From Thermoplasmata archaeon (GTDB lineage: Archaea > Thermoplasmatota > Thermoplasmata > Lutacidiplasmatales > UBA184), in the NCBI GenBank assembly GCA_021812305.1, contig JAKAOB010000002.1, positions 1-46,949 of the forward strand: a stretch of DNA of 46,949 bases, written 5' to 3'. Positions 17,124 through 25,138 of the stretch are shown here, piece after piece. The first letter of the stretch is position 1. Every line of letters begins with the position of its first letter. The notes below the pieces were generated by a model. That model saw only the letters and a list, made by a program, of their open reading frames with translations, had not been told where the DNA came from and did no database searches. The position numbers and the translations under genes are program-made.

Positions 17124-17609
17124 ATGGCAGCGCGACGATCCCTCTACCCTGCCGGCGAGATGAAGGTCGAGTTCCTTTCCTGCCCGGTCCAGGCCAGCCT
17201 CAAGGTGCTCGGTCGGGAGTGGGCCTTCCTCGTCATCACCTCCATTGCCCTCTTCCGGGCCAACCGCTACAACGACATGCTGCGCGCCATGCCCGGACTG
17301 TCGAAGCGGTTGCTCTCCCTGCGTCTGAAGGAGCTCGAGACCGCCGGCTTCATTGTTCGCGCGGAACGCCGAAGGGGATTCGTTCGTTGGGGGCTCACCG
17401 TGAAGGGCGCCGACGTGGTGCCGATTCTCCTCACGATGGTCCGGTTCGGTGCCAAGTGGTACGCCGACGAGCTCTTCGACGATCGATCTCCGCGCGCCCT
17501 GGGGGAGATCTTCGATGAGGGGTTCATTCGCAGGGCCTTCGGGATTCGACCGCGGCGAGGGCCCCGCGCGCGGGCGGGGCCGGCGAGATCCGGTGTACCC
17601 GTCGCGTAG
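17124..17609 (+). CDS. HxlR-family winged-helix transcriptional regulator
   Basis: CPVQASLKVLGREWAFLVI...RYNDMLRAMPGLSKRLLSLRLKELETAGFIVR. Divergent from the SRPBCC gene, which is a common pairing. An alternative start is ATG 17160. Confidence 0.85.
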   Translation: MAARRSLYPAGEMKVEFLSCPVQASLKVLGREWAFLVITSIALFRANRYNDMLRAMPGLSKRLLSLRLKELETAGFIVRAERRRGFVRWGLTVKGADVVPILLTMVRFGAKWYADELFDDRSPRALGEIFDEGFIRRAFGIRPRRGPRARAGPARSGVPVA

Positions 17610-17785
17610 CGTCCTCGATGCGCCGGGACGCACCGCGGGCCGGTACCGGAGCGCCCCTGCCGGCCGGTCACGCCACCTCGCCCGGCGGTTCGGATCATCC
17701 AGGCACGGTCCCTTGGCAGCGGGCCCCGAGCCACTCCCGACGGCGGCTCGGTGCGACACCGGGTGGACCGACGCCCGACCCGGCC

Positions 17786-19075
17786 CTATCCACCGGTCCC
17801 GGGGGCTCGGGCCGGTACCGACCATACCCGTGACGGCGCCGGTCCATCCGCCGAGATCGGCCATGGCGGTAGCGAGGGGTGACGGAAGACCGACCCCGGT
17901 TCGAGCCACGCCGCCAGCGCACGGCCGCCCGGCTGGGCGACGGGAAGGACCAGGCACTCGCGGAGCTGCGCCCCGCTTCCCGAGCCGGTCCAGTCGGTCC
18001 CGGGGATCATCTGGAACCGTTGGCGGGTGAGCCAGCCGATGAGCTCGAGGTCGCTTTGGCGGACGGCATACGCCTCGGGGAGGGCCACGGACCGCAGCGT
18101 CTCCACCCGGTCGTAGAGGTCCCGAATCGGCACCTGACGACGTTCGCCCGAGACCCGGTCCCGGACGGTGGCCCAGCTCGACCGGTGCGAACGAGCCCAG
18201 CGGCCCGCGATCGGCACCCGCTCTCCCGGCCGTGGCGAACCCATATCGGGGGCGTCGAGGCTCCCGCGGTGACGGGCCGCCCACCGGAGGACCGCGAGCA
18301 GCGCCCGGCGCTGCGCGGCCCGCAGCCGGGCCCGTTCCGAAAGGGCGTCCTCGGACCGGGGGGCCCGACCTTCGAGGAGCACGGTGAAGGTGTCGTAGCG
18401 CAACGCGATGGAGTTCCTGAGGTCGGGGCTGGTGAAGGAGCTCGCACGCAGGCGGCCCGACGGCTGAAACAGTCGGTACTCACCGGCCGCGTATCCTTCC
18501 CGGGCGAGCTCGCCGGAGATCTCCGGCAGGAATCCCTCCACCTCGTCGGGCGTGAGGCGGGTCCGCACCCCGGGATGGGTGGCCGTCGCGACCAGCACAT
18601 CGTCGTCCAGGACCCACCCCCGCCGTAGGGCGGCCCGCCGCCGGGACGGATAGTTGTGGAGGTCGATCACCACGTCGGGGCGCACCGTGCGCACGATGCG
18701 GTGGATCGCCCGGGTCTCCTCGGAGTCCAAGGCGATGTGGTCGCGGTTGAGGTCGACCCCGTCCCCGTTCGTCCGCGAGCCGTTCGTGAGGCCGTCCGGG
18801 TTCGCCACCGCGATCCAGCCGAACCCGATCCCGAGGCCATCGATCTCGGGCCGGTCCCGGCCCACCGCCTCGCGCAGCGACTCGATCGCCGCCGCCTCGT
18901 CCCCGTGCTGCCCGGCGACGGCGAGCACATAGGGCCGGCGCGGGTGGGGGGCCAGGGTCTCGAACCGGATCGGGGTTCCGCGGGCCGTCCGTCCGATGAC
19001 GGGCGCGCGCTCCGACCCCTGTCCGACCGGGCATCCGGGGGGAGATCTCTCGTCCGCGAGCGTTCCGGCGGTCAT
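17786..19075 (-). CDS. M14-family zinc carboxypeptidase-like protein, cytosolic, with a long C-terminal extension
   Basis: GQHGDEAA (HxxE zinc ligands), ANPDG, DLNRDH, DLHNY. No signal peptide. ATG 19075 overlaps the stop of the ABC gene (ATGA). Confidence 0.8.
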   Translation of the reverse strand: MTAGTLADERSPPGCPVGQGSERAPVIGRTARGTPIRFETLAPHPRRPYVLAVAGQHGDEAAAIESLREAVGRDRPEIDGLGIGFGWIAVANPDGLTNGSRTNGDGVDLNRDHIALDSEETRAIHRIVRTVRPDVVIDLHNYPSRRRAALRRGWVLDDDVLVATATHPGVRTRLTPDEVEGFLPEISGELAREGYAAGEYRLFQPSGRLRASSFTSPDLRNSIALRYDTFTVLLEGRAPRSEDALSERARLRAAQRRALLAVLRWAARHRGSLDAPDMGSPRPGERVPIAGRWARSHRSSWATVRDRVSGERRQVPIRDLYDRVETLRSVALPEAYAVRQSDLELIGWLTRQRFQMIPGTDWTGSGSGAQLRECLVLPVAQPGGRALAAWLEPGSVFRHPSLPPWPISADGPAPSRVWSVPARAPGTGG

Positions 19076-20889
19076 GCCGGCACCCCGCTCGGGACCTGCG
19101 GACGTTCCCGTCGGGCCTCGCGGGCGGTCGCCGCGGCCGCGGGCCCGGCCGGGCCGAGGCCGGACGGCACGACCCGCCCTTGCTCCATCACGACGACCTG
19201 GTCCGCCGCGTCCAGGATCCGGTCGGAGTGGTGGGCCACGACCAGCACGGTGAGCCGGCCCTTGAGACGCTCGAGCGTCGCGACGAGGCGCGCTTCCGCT
19301 TCCGGGTCCAACGCAGAGTTGGGCTCGTCCAGGAGGAGGATCTTCGGCCGTCGGAGGAGCGCTCGGGCGATCGCGATCCGCTGCGCCTCGCCGCCCGAGA
19401 CGTTGCCGCGGCCCGGACCGACCCGGCTCGCGAGGCCCTCGGGAAGGCGCGCCACGAGGTCGAGGACGCCCGCATCCCGGCAGGCCTCCCACAGCTCCCC
19501 CTCGGTCGCACCGGGGCGCCCCAATCGGAGGTTCTCTTCCACGGTGCCGGCGAAGAGGACCGGACGCTGCGGGACCACGGCCACCTGGGCCCGGAGGGAG
19601 GCGAGCCGCACCTGGCGCAGGTCCTGGTGGTCGATCCGTACCGAGCCGGCCGCGGGGTCGTGCAGACGGGAGAGGAGCTTCAGCAGCGTGCTCTTGCCCG
19701 AACCGTTCCGGCCCAGTACGACCGTGATCCCCCGGGGCGCGAGGTCGAGCGAGACGTCCCGAAGGACGGGGCGGGAGGCGTAGGCGAAGGAGACGTGCCG
19801 GAACTCGATCCGTCCACCGTCGATCGTCAGGTTCGGCGCGCGCGGGTCATCGACGATCGAGGAGGGGCTGTCGAGGACCTCCCGGATCCGCTCGAACGCC
19901 ACCAGCCCGCGCTGGTAGACGTTCAGCACCAACGTGAACCGCTGCATCGGCGTGTAGAGCAGCACGACGAACCCGGTGATGGCGACGAGGGTGCCGAGCG
20001 TCATCGTGCCGGCGAGCACTGCGGACCCGCCGAGCCACCACGTCAGGGCGAGCCCGAGGCTCGTGATCGCCCAGGTCGACCCCGTGATGAGGCCGCCGTA
20101 GACCTTCGCCGCGATCTGGTCGGTGGCCAGGCGGTCGCTGTCGCGCCAGAGGCGGCCCACGGCCACCGCCTCCGCGCTGGAGGTCTGGATGGTCTCGATG
20201 CCGTCCAAGTGCTCCTTGACCGAGGCGGTGAGCTGGCCCTGCGTGGTCCGGGCCACCCGCGTCGCCTCCCGAAGGCGGGCCTGGAGCCGACGGGTGATCA
20301 CGTACTGCACCGGAAGGAACGCCGCCGCGATGAGGGCGATCTCCGGGTTCAGGAGGAAGAGGATCGCCACCGGCCAGGCGACGCGCAGGACGTTCTGGAT
20401 CGTATTGAAGAACACCCGTTCGACGAACTCGCGCATCGATTGCGTGTCGACGATGATGCGATTGAGCAGCTCGCCCGGCCCGAAGCGATCGTGGACGTCG
20501 ATCGAGGAGTGGGCCAGGTGCCGGACGATCGACTTGCGGAGGTCCGCGACCGTCCGCCGGCTCAGCTCCGAGACCGAGGCGGTGCTGAGGTAGGCGGTCG
20601 CGCCGTAGGCCCCGGCCGTCAGGACCAGCCCGGCCACCGAGACGGCGAGCACCGTTCCGGGGTCGGAGATCGGGACGAGGCCGAAGAAGAGCGCTCCGTG
20701 TCCGGTGATGCCGGTGACGAGGTCGCCGGTGAGGAGGGGGACCTGCATCGGCACGATCACGAACAGGAGCGACCAGAGGAGCGCCTGGACGAGGGTGGCC
20801 CGGTGGGCGGCGAGCAGGGGGAAGACGGCACGGAGGGGCGGAGCCGCGGGGGGGGACGGGCGCCCGCGCTCGGTCACGGAGACAGGCAC
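19072..20889 (-). CDS. ABC exporter, fused permease and ATPase (MsbA/MdlB-like)
   Basis: Six-TM region, then GRNGSGKST (Walker A), VSGGEAQRIAIARAL (signature) and ILLLDEP (Walker B). The start is GTG 20889 or 20877, 14 nt after the upstream stop. Confidence 0.9.
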   Translation of the reverse strand: MPVSVTERGRPSPPAAPPLRAVFPLLAAHRATLVQALLWSLLFVIVPMQVPLLTGDLVTGITGHGALFFGLVPISDPGTVLAVSVAGLVLTAGAYGATAYLSTASVSELSRRTVADLRKSIVRHLAHSSIDVHDRFGPGELLNRIIVDTQSMREFVERVFFNTIQNVLRVAWPVAILFLLNPEIALIAAAFLPVQYVITRRLQARLREATRVARTTQGQLTASVKEHLDGIETIQTSSAEAVAVGRLWRDSDRLATDQIAAKVYGGLITGSTWAITSLGLALTWWLGGSAVLAGTMTLGTLVAITGFVVLLYTPMQRFTLVLNVYQRGLVAFERIREVLDSPSSIVDDPRAPNLTIDGGRIEFRHVSFAYASRPVLRDVSLDLAPRGITVVLGRNGSGKSTLLKLLSRLHDPAAGSVRIDHQDLRQVRLASLRAQVAVVPQRPVLFAGTVEENLRLGRPGATEGELWEACRDAGVLDLVARLPEGLASRVGPGRGNVSGGEAQRIAIARALLRRPKILLLDEPNSALDPEAEARLVATLERLKGRLTVLVVAHHSDRILDAADQVVVMEQGRVVPSGLGPAGPAAAATAREARRERPQVPSGVPA

Positions 20890-20903
20890 GGTCGGTCCGG
20901 CCC

Positions 20904-22130
20904 TCAGGCCGATGGGGCGGCGATCGGCGCGGTTCCGTCGACCCGGGCCCCGGAACGAGCGGCGGCTTGCAGGGCCGGCAGGACGGCCGCGGCGAGCTCG
21001 CGGCCGTCGTCGGCCGAGGACGCCACCGGGATCGGGGAGTGGGCGGTGAACTCGCGGACGTAGAGGGGCGCGGAGGTGAGCGCCCCCGAGACCGCCTCGG
21101 GGCGGTAGCCCCATCCGACCAGACGGTCCACGGCGGCGAGCGCACCGAGGGCGCTGTCCGCCGCCAGCAGGAGACCGCTCACGTGGTCGCGGAAGCCGGG
21201 GTCGGTGAGGATCATCTCCGTCTCCCGCTGGAGGATCCCGTCCGCGATCTCCATCACCGTCACGTCCGGGTGGGCCGCGGCGACGTCCGACAGCATCGTC
21301 CGCCACAGGTGGCGCAGCTCGTCCGCCGACGCGAGATAGGTCGAGGGAAAGCCGTAGTCGCTGAAATCGACGACCACCTCGGCCGCGGCGGCGCGCATCT
21401 CGTCCTGGTCCCGGTTGGAAACGCTCCCCGTGAGCTTGGTGGCCGCGACGTGCAATCCCCGGGTGGAGAGGGCGTGGATCAGGCGGGAGGCCACGGTCGT
21501 CTTGCCGGCGTTCATCCCGGTTCCCACCACCACCAGGAGGGGGCCCGGAGACGGCCGCCCGTCCGTCGGGCGGAACCGGAGCTCCTTGAGGTTGAGACGG
21601 TCGCCGTGCGCGTCCCTCAGGTAGCCTTCGAACACCACGGAGGTCGCCCGGGCCATCTCCCGATGGCGGCTCAGGATCGTTCCGATCATTCCGCCCGCGG
21701 TGAGCAGGCTCAGCTCCTCGAGCCCGTCGACCCGCGCCTCGTAGGCGTCGGTGGCGTAGCGGTGGCCGAAGACGCCGACGATGCGGTCGCCCTCGTAGAT
21801 CCGCAGCTTGCGGTTGTCCGCGGTCACGACGGTGGAGTGGTAGCCCAGGGACGCGATGCGGACGATCGCCAAGTCCCCGGGGCGCGGGGCGTCCGCGCCG
21901 CGCTCCGGATCCGAACGGACACCGGACGGGTCCAGGCCGCGGCAGGCCCAGGACCACTTCACGTCCGGTCCGATCGGCGCCAGCGGTCCTCGGCCCCCCG
22001 TGCGGCCGAGGCCGGGCGGCGGGTTCGGGCCGGCCGGCCCCCGCGGCCGGGGTGCGGTTCCAGTACCGCCGAGGGACGGGATCGCGTTCAGGCCAGGGAA
22101 CGGTGTGAGGGGGGTCGCGGGGGCGGCCAT
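20904..22130 (-). CDS. uncharacterised P-loop protein (BioD/CobQ/DUF1611-like nucleotide-binding domain)
   Basis: Pro/Gly-rich N-terminus, a beta-rich domain (DLAIVRIASLGYHSTVV...IYEGDRIVGVFGHRYATDAYEA), then LLVVVGTGMNAGKTTVASRLIHALSTRGLHVAATKLTGS. I recognise no specific family. Confidence 0.7.
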   Translation of the reverse strand: MAAPATPLTPFPGLNAIPSLGGTGTAPRPRGPAGPNPPPGLGRTGGRGPLAPIGPDVKWSWACRGLDPSGVRSDPERGADAPRPGDLAIVRIASLGYHSTVVTADNRKLRIYEGDRIVGVFGHRYATDAYEARVDGLEELSLLTAGGMIGTILSRHREMARATSVVFEGYLRDAHGDRLNLKELRFRPTDGRPSPGPLLVVVGTGMNAGKTTVASRLIHALSTRGLHVAATKLTGSVSNRDQDEMRAAAAEVVVDFSDYGFPSTYLASADELRHLWRTMLSDVAAAHPDVTVMEIADGILQRETEMILTDPGFRDHVSGLLLAADSALGALAAVDRLVGWGYRPEAVSGALTSAPLYVREFTAHSPIPVASSADDGRELAAAVLPALQAAARSGARVDGTAPIAAPSA

Positions 22131-22293
22131 GTTCTTCTCGAGGCCCCTTCCGCCGAGAGGGGGGTTATGGGTTTTGGCGCAACCCCCGAACTCATTGGGT
22201 CGCTCCCCGAACCGGGGGTCGTCCGGAGCCCCCGGTCCCCCGCCGTCGACGTTCCCGCCGACCCCGGCCCGGCGGGTGATGCGCCCCGCGGGC

Positions 22294-23619
22294 TCACCGA
22301 CGCACGACCCGCTCCATGAAGCGATCGAGGATCGCGGCCATGCGGCCGCCGATGTCCCGGTAGTCGTACCGCACCGTCACGATCGGAGGGGTGACACGGA
22401 TGAGCCGCTTGAGATCGACCGGGCTCCCGTCGACGACGACCTCGGGCGCCGCGCGTTCGATCGTTGCCTCCAGTTCTCGGACCTGGGCCGCACCGTAGCC
22501 CATCGCCGGCAGGACCGCGGCGAGGTGCGGATAGGCCGCGTAGACCTGGGCGATGGACCCGACCGCGAACGGTCGGGGGTCGATGACCTGGGCGCCGTGG
22601 GCCCGGGCGAAGAGCACGCCGGCGCCGAACGCCATGCCCCCGTGGGTCACCGTCGGCCCGTCCTCGATGACGAGCGCCCGCTTTCCCGCCAGCCGGTCGG
22701 CCCCGTCCGCCGAGATGTCCAGGGCCGCCCGCAATAGCTCGGCCCGGGGATTGGCCCGGGCGGCGTTCTCCTCGACGGTCCGTATGCCCTCCGCGGGAGC
22801 GGAGTCGGTCTTGCTCACGATGAGGACGTCGGCGGCGCGGAAGTTGGCCTCTCCGGGGTAGTAGGACATCTCGTGCCCGGCCCGGTGCGGGTCGGCGACG
22901 ACGATCTGGAGATCGGACGCGTAGAACGGCTGGTCGTTGTTGCCTCCGTCCCACAGGACGAGGTCGGACTCCGACTCGGCCCGGCGCAGGATCGCCTCGT
23001 AGTCGACCCCGGCGAAGACGACCGCCCCGTCGCGGAGGTGCGGCTCGTACTCCTCGCGTTCCTCGATCGTGCACTGGGCCCGGTCGAGGTCGTCGAACGT
23101 CGCGAACCGCTGGACCGCCTGCGCGGCGAGGTCCCCGTACGGCATCGGGTGCCGGACGATCGCCACGCGAAGCCCCTTGGACCTCAGATGGCGGGAGACG
23201 AACCGCGTGAGCGGGCTCTTCCCGGCGCCCGTGCGTACCGCGCAGACGCTGATCACCGGTTTGCTCGAGCGCAGGCAGGTCTCCCGCGGGCCGGCGAGGA
23301 GGAAGCTGGCACCGGCCGCTAGGGCGATCGACGCTTTGTGCATCACCTCCAGGTGCGGAAGGTCCGAGTAGGCGAGGAGGACCAGGTCGACCTGCTCGCG
23401 CCGGACGAGATCGGCGAGCTCCGCCTCGGGAACGATCGGGATGCCGCTCGGATAGCCCGGCCCGGCCAGCGCCGGAGGATAGGCTCGGCCGGCGATGTTC
23501 GGGATCTGGGCGGCGGTGAAGGCGACCACCTCGTACTCCGGCCGGTTCCGGTAGAGGACGTTGAAGTTGTGGAAGTCCCGGCCCGCCGCCCCCACGATGA
23601 CGACCCGACGACGCGACAT
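22294..23619 (-). CDS. cyclic 2,3-diphosphoglycerate synthetase-like protein (COG2403 'predicted GTPase' family)
   Basis: Blocks GAAGRDFHNFN, AVRTGAGKS, VRHPMPYGD, CTIEEREEYEPH and WDGGNND match my recollection of this family. I prefer ATG 23619 (MSRRRVVIVG), which has a TATA box 25-31 nt upstream. Confidence 0.75.
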   Translation of the reverse strand: MSRRRVVIVGAAGRDFHNFNVLYRNRPEYEVVAFTAAQIPNIAGRAYPPALAGPGYPSGIPIVPEAELADLVRREQVDLVLLAYSDLPHLEVMHKASIALAAGASFLLAGPRETCLRSSKPVISVCAVRTGAGKSPLTRFVSRHLRSKGLRVAIVRHPMPYGDLAAQAVQRFATFDDLDRAQCTIEEREEYEPHLRDGAVVFAGVDYEAILRRAESESDLVLWDGGNNDQPFYASDLQIVVADPHRAGHEMSYYPGEANFRAADVLIVSKTDSAPAEGIRTVEENAARANPRAELLRAALDISADGADRLAGKRALVIEDGPTVTHGGMAFGAGVLFARAHGAQVIDPRPFAVGSIAQVYAAYPHLAAVLPAMGYGAAQVRELEATIERAAPEVVVDGSPVDLKRLIRVTPPIVTVRYDYRDIGGRMAAILDRFMERVVRR

Positions 23620-23625
23620 GCCCTT

Positions 23626-23643
23626 CCGTTCCCTTGGGAACGG
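23626..23643. promoter_or_regulatory. perfect palindrome (candidate operator) between the TATA box and the start of the COG2403 operon
   Basis: CCGTTCCC-TT-GGGAACGG, located 7-24 nt upstream of ATG 23619 and directly abutting the TATA-like element. Confidence 0.5.
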
Positions 23644-23650
23644 TATAGGC
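23644..23650 (-). promoter_or_regulatory. TATA-like box for the COG2403 operon
   Basis: GCCTATA on the minus strand, 25-31 nt upstream of ATG 23619. Confidence 0.45.
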
Positions 23651-23816
23651 TCGCCGTCAAATAGCGAGCGCCGAACCGGGCTCAACGGCCCCGCTGGGTC
23701 CGCGGAGGTGCCTCACGGGGGTGCCCCGTGCTATCTCGCAACGAGCCGACCCGTCAATCCGGCTTGACGCGCACGCTATGAACCCGGCTCGGACACGGGA
23801 GGGCTGAGGTAGGCCC

Positions 23817-24509
23817 ATGTCGTCGACCCCAGCCCACCGGCTGTCTCCCCTCGATGAGGCCCCGCCCCCCGCCTATCGCTCCCGGAGCGATGGGCCGCGG
23901 GGTCTGCTGCCCCGGGGGGTCTACGCCGTCCTGATCGGCGCCTCGTTGGTGTGGATGGCCAGCGCGGCCGTGCTCGGCCTTGGTGTCTCCCTGCCGAGCC
24001 TGCCGTCCTCGACCGGTTCGGGGGGAGGCAGCTCCACCGTCGACTACCTGTACCTCACCATCGCGTTCAACCCCCTCAACGGGATGGACGAGTACTTCCC
24101 CGCGAACTTCACCGTCCCCGCCCACGCCGCGGTGGTCGTCACGATCACCAACTACGACAACGGCACCAACCTCGTGCCGTCGCAGTACGGCCAGGTCGTG
24201 GGGACCGCCGGCGGAACCGCCCTGGTCTCCGATCCGGTGACCGGCCAGGTCGCCACCGTGACGAGCGTTCCGCTCGCGGAGATCGCGCACACCTTTACGC
24301 TGCCCACCCTCGGCGGGTCCGGAGCGTCCGGCACCCCGGCCGTCAACGTCCCGATCCCGGCGGCGGCATCGGGCCTCGAGCCGACCCAGGTGACGTTCAC
24401 CCTTCACATCGGCGCGGCCGGTTCGTACACGTGGATGTGCATGGCCCCGTGCGACCCGGGCTCCATGACCACCCCGGGCTTCATGACCGGCACGCTGGAC
24501 GTGGAGTAG
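23817..24509 (+). CDS. membrane-anchored cupredoxin-like protein
   Basis: One TM helix, a Ser/Gly linker, then YLYLTIAFNP...FTVPAHAAVVVTITNYD...HTFTL...YTWMCMAPCD...GFMTGTLDV. This is a cupredoxin-type beta sandwich, but the usual C-P-H copper ligand His is missing. A GAGGT Shine-Dalgarno-like element lies about 10 nt upstream. Confidence 0.7.
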   Translation: MSSTPAHRLSPLDEAPPPAYRSRSDGPRGLLPRGVYAVLIGASLVWMASAAVLGLGVSLPSLPSSTGSGGGSSTVDYLYLTIAFNPLNGMDEYFPANFTVPAHAAVVVTITNYDNGTNLVPSQYGQVVGTAGGTALVSDPVTGQVATVTSVPLAEIAHTFTLPTLGGSGASGTPAVNVPIPAAASGLEPTQVTFTLHIGAAGSYTWMCMAPCDPGSMTTPGFMTGTLDVE

Positions 24510-24665
24510 ACGGCCGGGCGACCCTACGGTCCCGAGCGGCCCGCGAAGATCGGTGGCCCGGGGCGGCGGGGGCTCGCCCGGGACCGGGCGCGGCCCGCCG
24601 ACCGCCGGCGTCCCGCCGATCGGACGATGATCCCGGGGCCGGTCCTGTCGCGGAGTAACGGTCGG

Positions 24666-25031
24666 CTAGAGCCGGGCGCGCCCGCCTCGCTCCCGTGTCG
24701 GGGCCGAACCGCCCCGGGCGTCGGCGGAGGGGAGCGTCCGCCCTGCCTTGAGCTCGATCTGGACGGGGGGCGCCACGCGCGTCAGGTAGCCCACGAAGTG
24801 GCCGTCCTGGTAGACGCGCCACCGCTGCGGCTCCGGCTCGCAGAGGACCCGGTGGTGACCGGGGAGATGCAGCAGCGCCTCGATCGGGAGCGCGAGCGGC
24901 GGTTCGCGTTCGCCCAGAAGGGGAACTTCGGTATGCGGCTCCTCCAACATCGCCGGGAGCTCGCCCTCGGCGATCCGGGAGGATCGGGGGTCCTTGCGGC
25001 GCGAGAGGAACGCGGGCGTGCGGGCGGCCAT
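24666..25031 (-). CDS. small hypothetical protein
   Basis: ATG 25031 lies 23-30 nt downstream of a TATA-like box. Third-position GC is about 89 percent, like core genes. No motif recognised. Confidence 0.6.
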   Translation of the reverse strand: MAARTPAFLSRRKDPRSSRIAEGELPAMLEEPHTEVPLLGEREPPLALPIEALLHLPGHHRVLCEPEPQRWRVYQDGHFVGYLTRVAPPVQIELKAGRTLPSADARGGSAPTRERGGRARL

Positions 25032-25053
25032 CCGCCGTTTCAGCCGGGATACG

Positions 25054-25061
25054 GTATATGA
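25054..25061 (-). promoter_or_regulatory. TATA-like box for the small gene at 25031
   Basis: TCATATAC on the minus strand, 23-30 nt upstream of the ATG. Confidence 0.4.
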
Positions 25062-25138
25062 TGGGGGGGTCAACCGCGATTCACCGGCCGAGGGCCGTGT
25101 CGCCACCCTCATACCCGTGGGGGGTCTAGTACCGGAGC

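Noticed and set aside
19076-21957. N-terminal extensions of the M14 gene (to 19492) and the ABC gene (to 21957) in the ORF track.
   Set aside because: The extensions overlap the upstream genes in other frames and are low complexity. The internal starts at 19075 and 20889 give normal domain boundaries and typical operon junctions.
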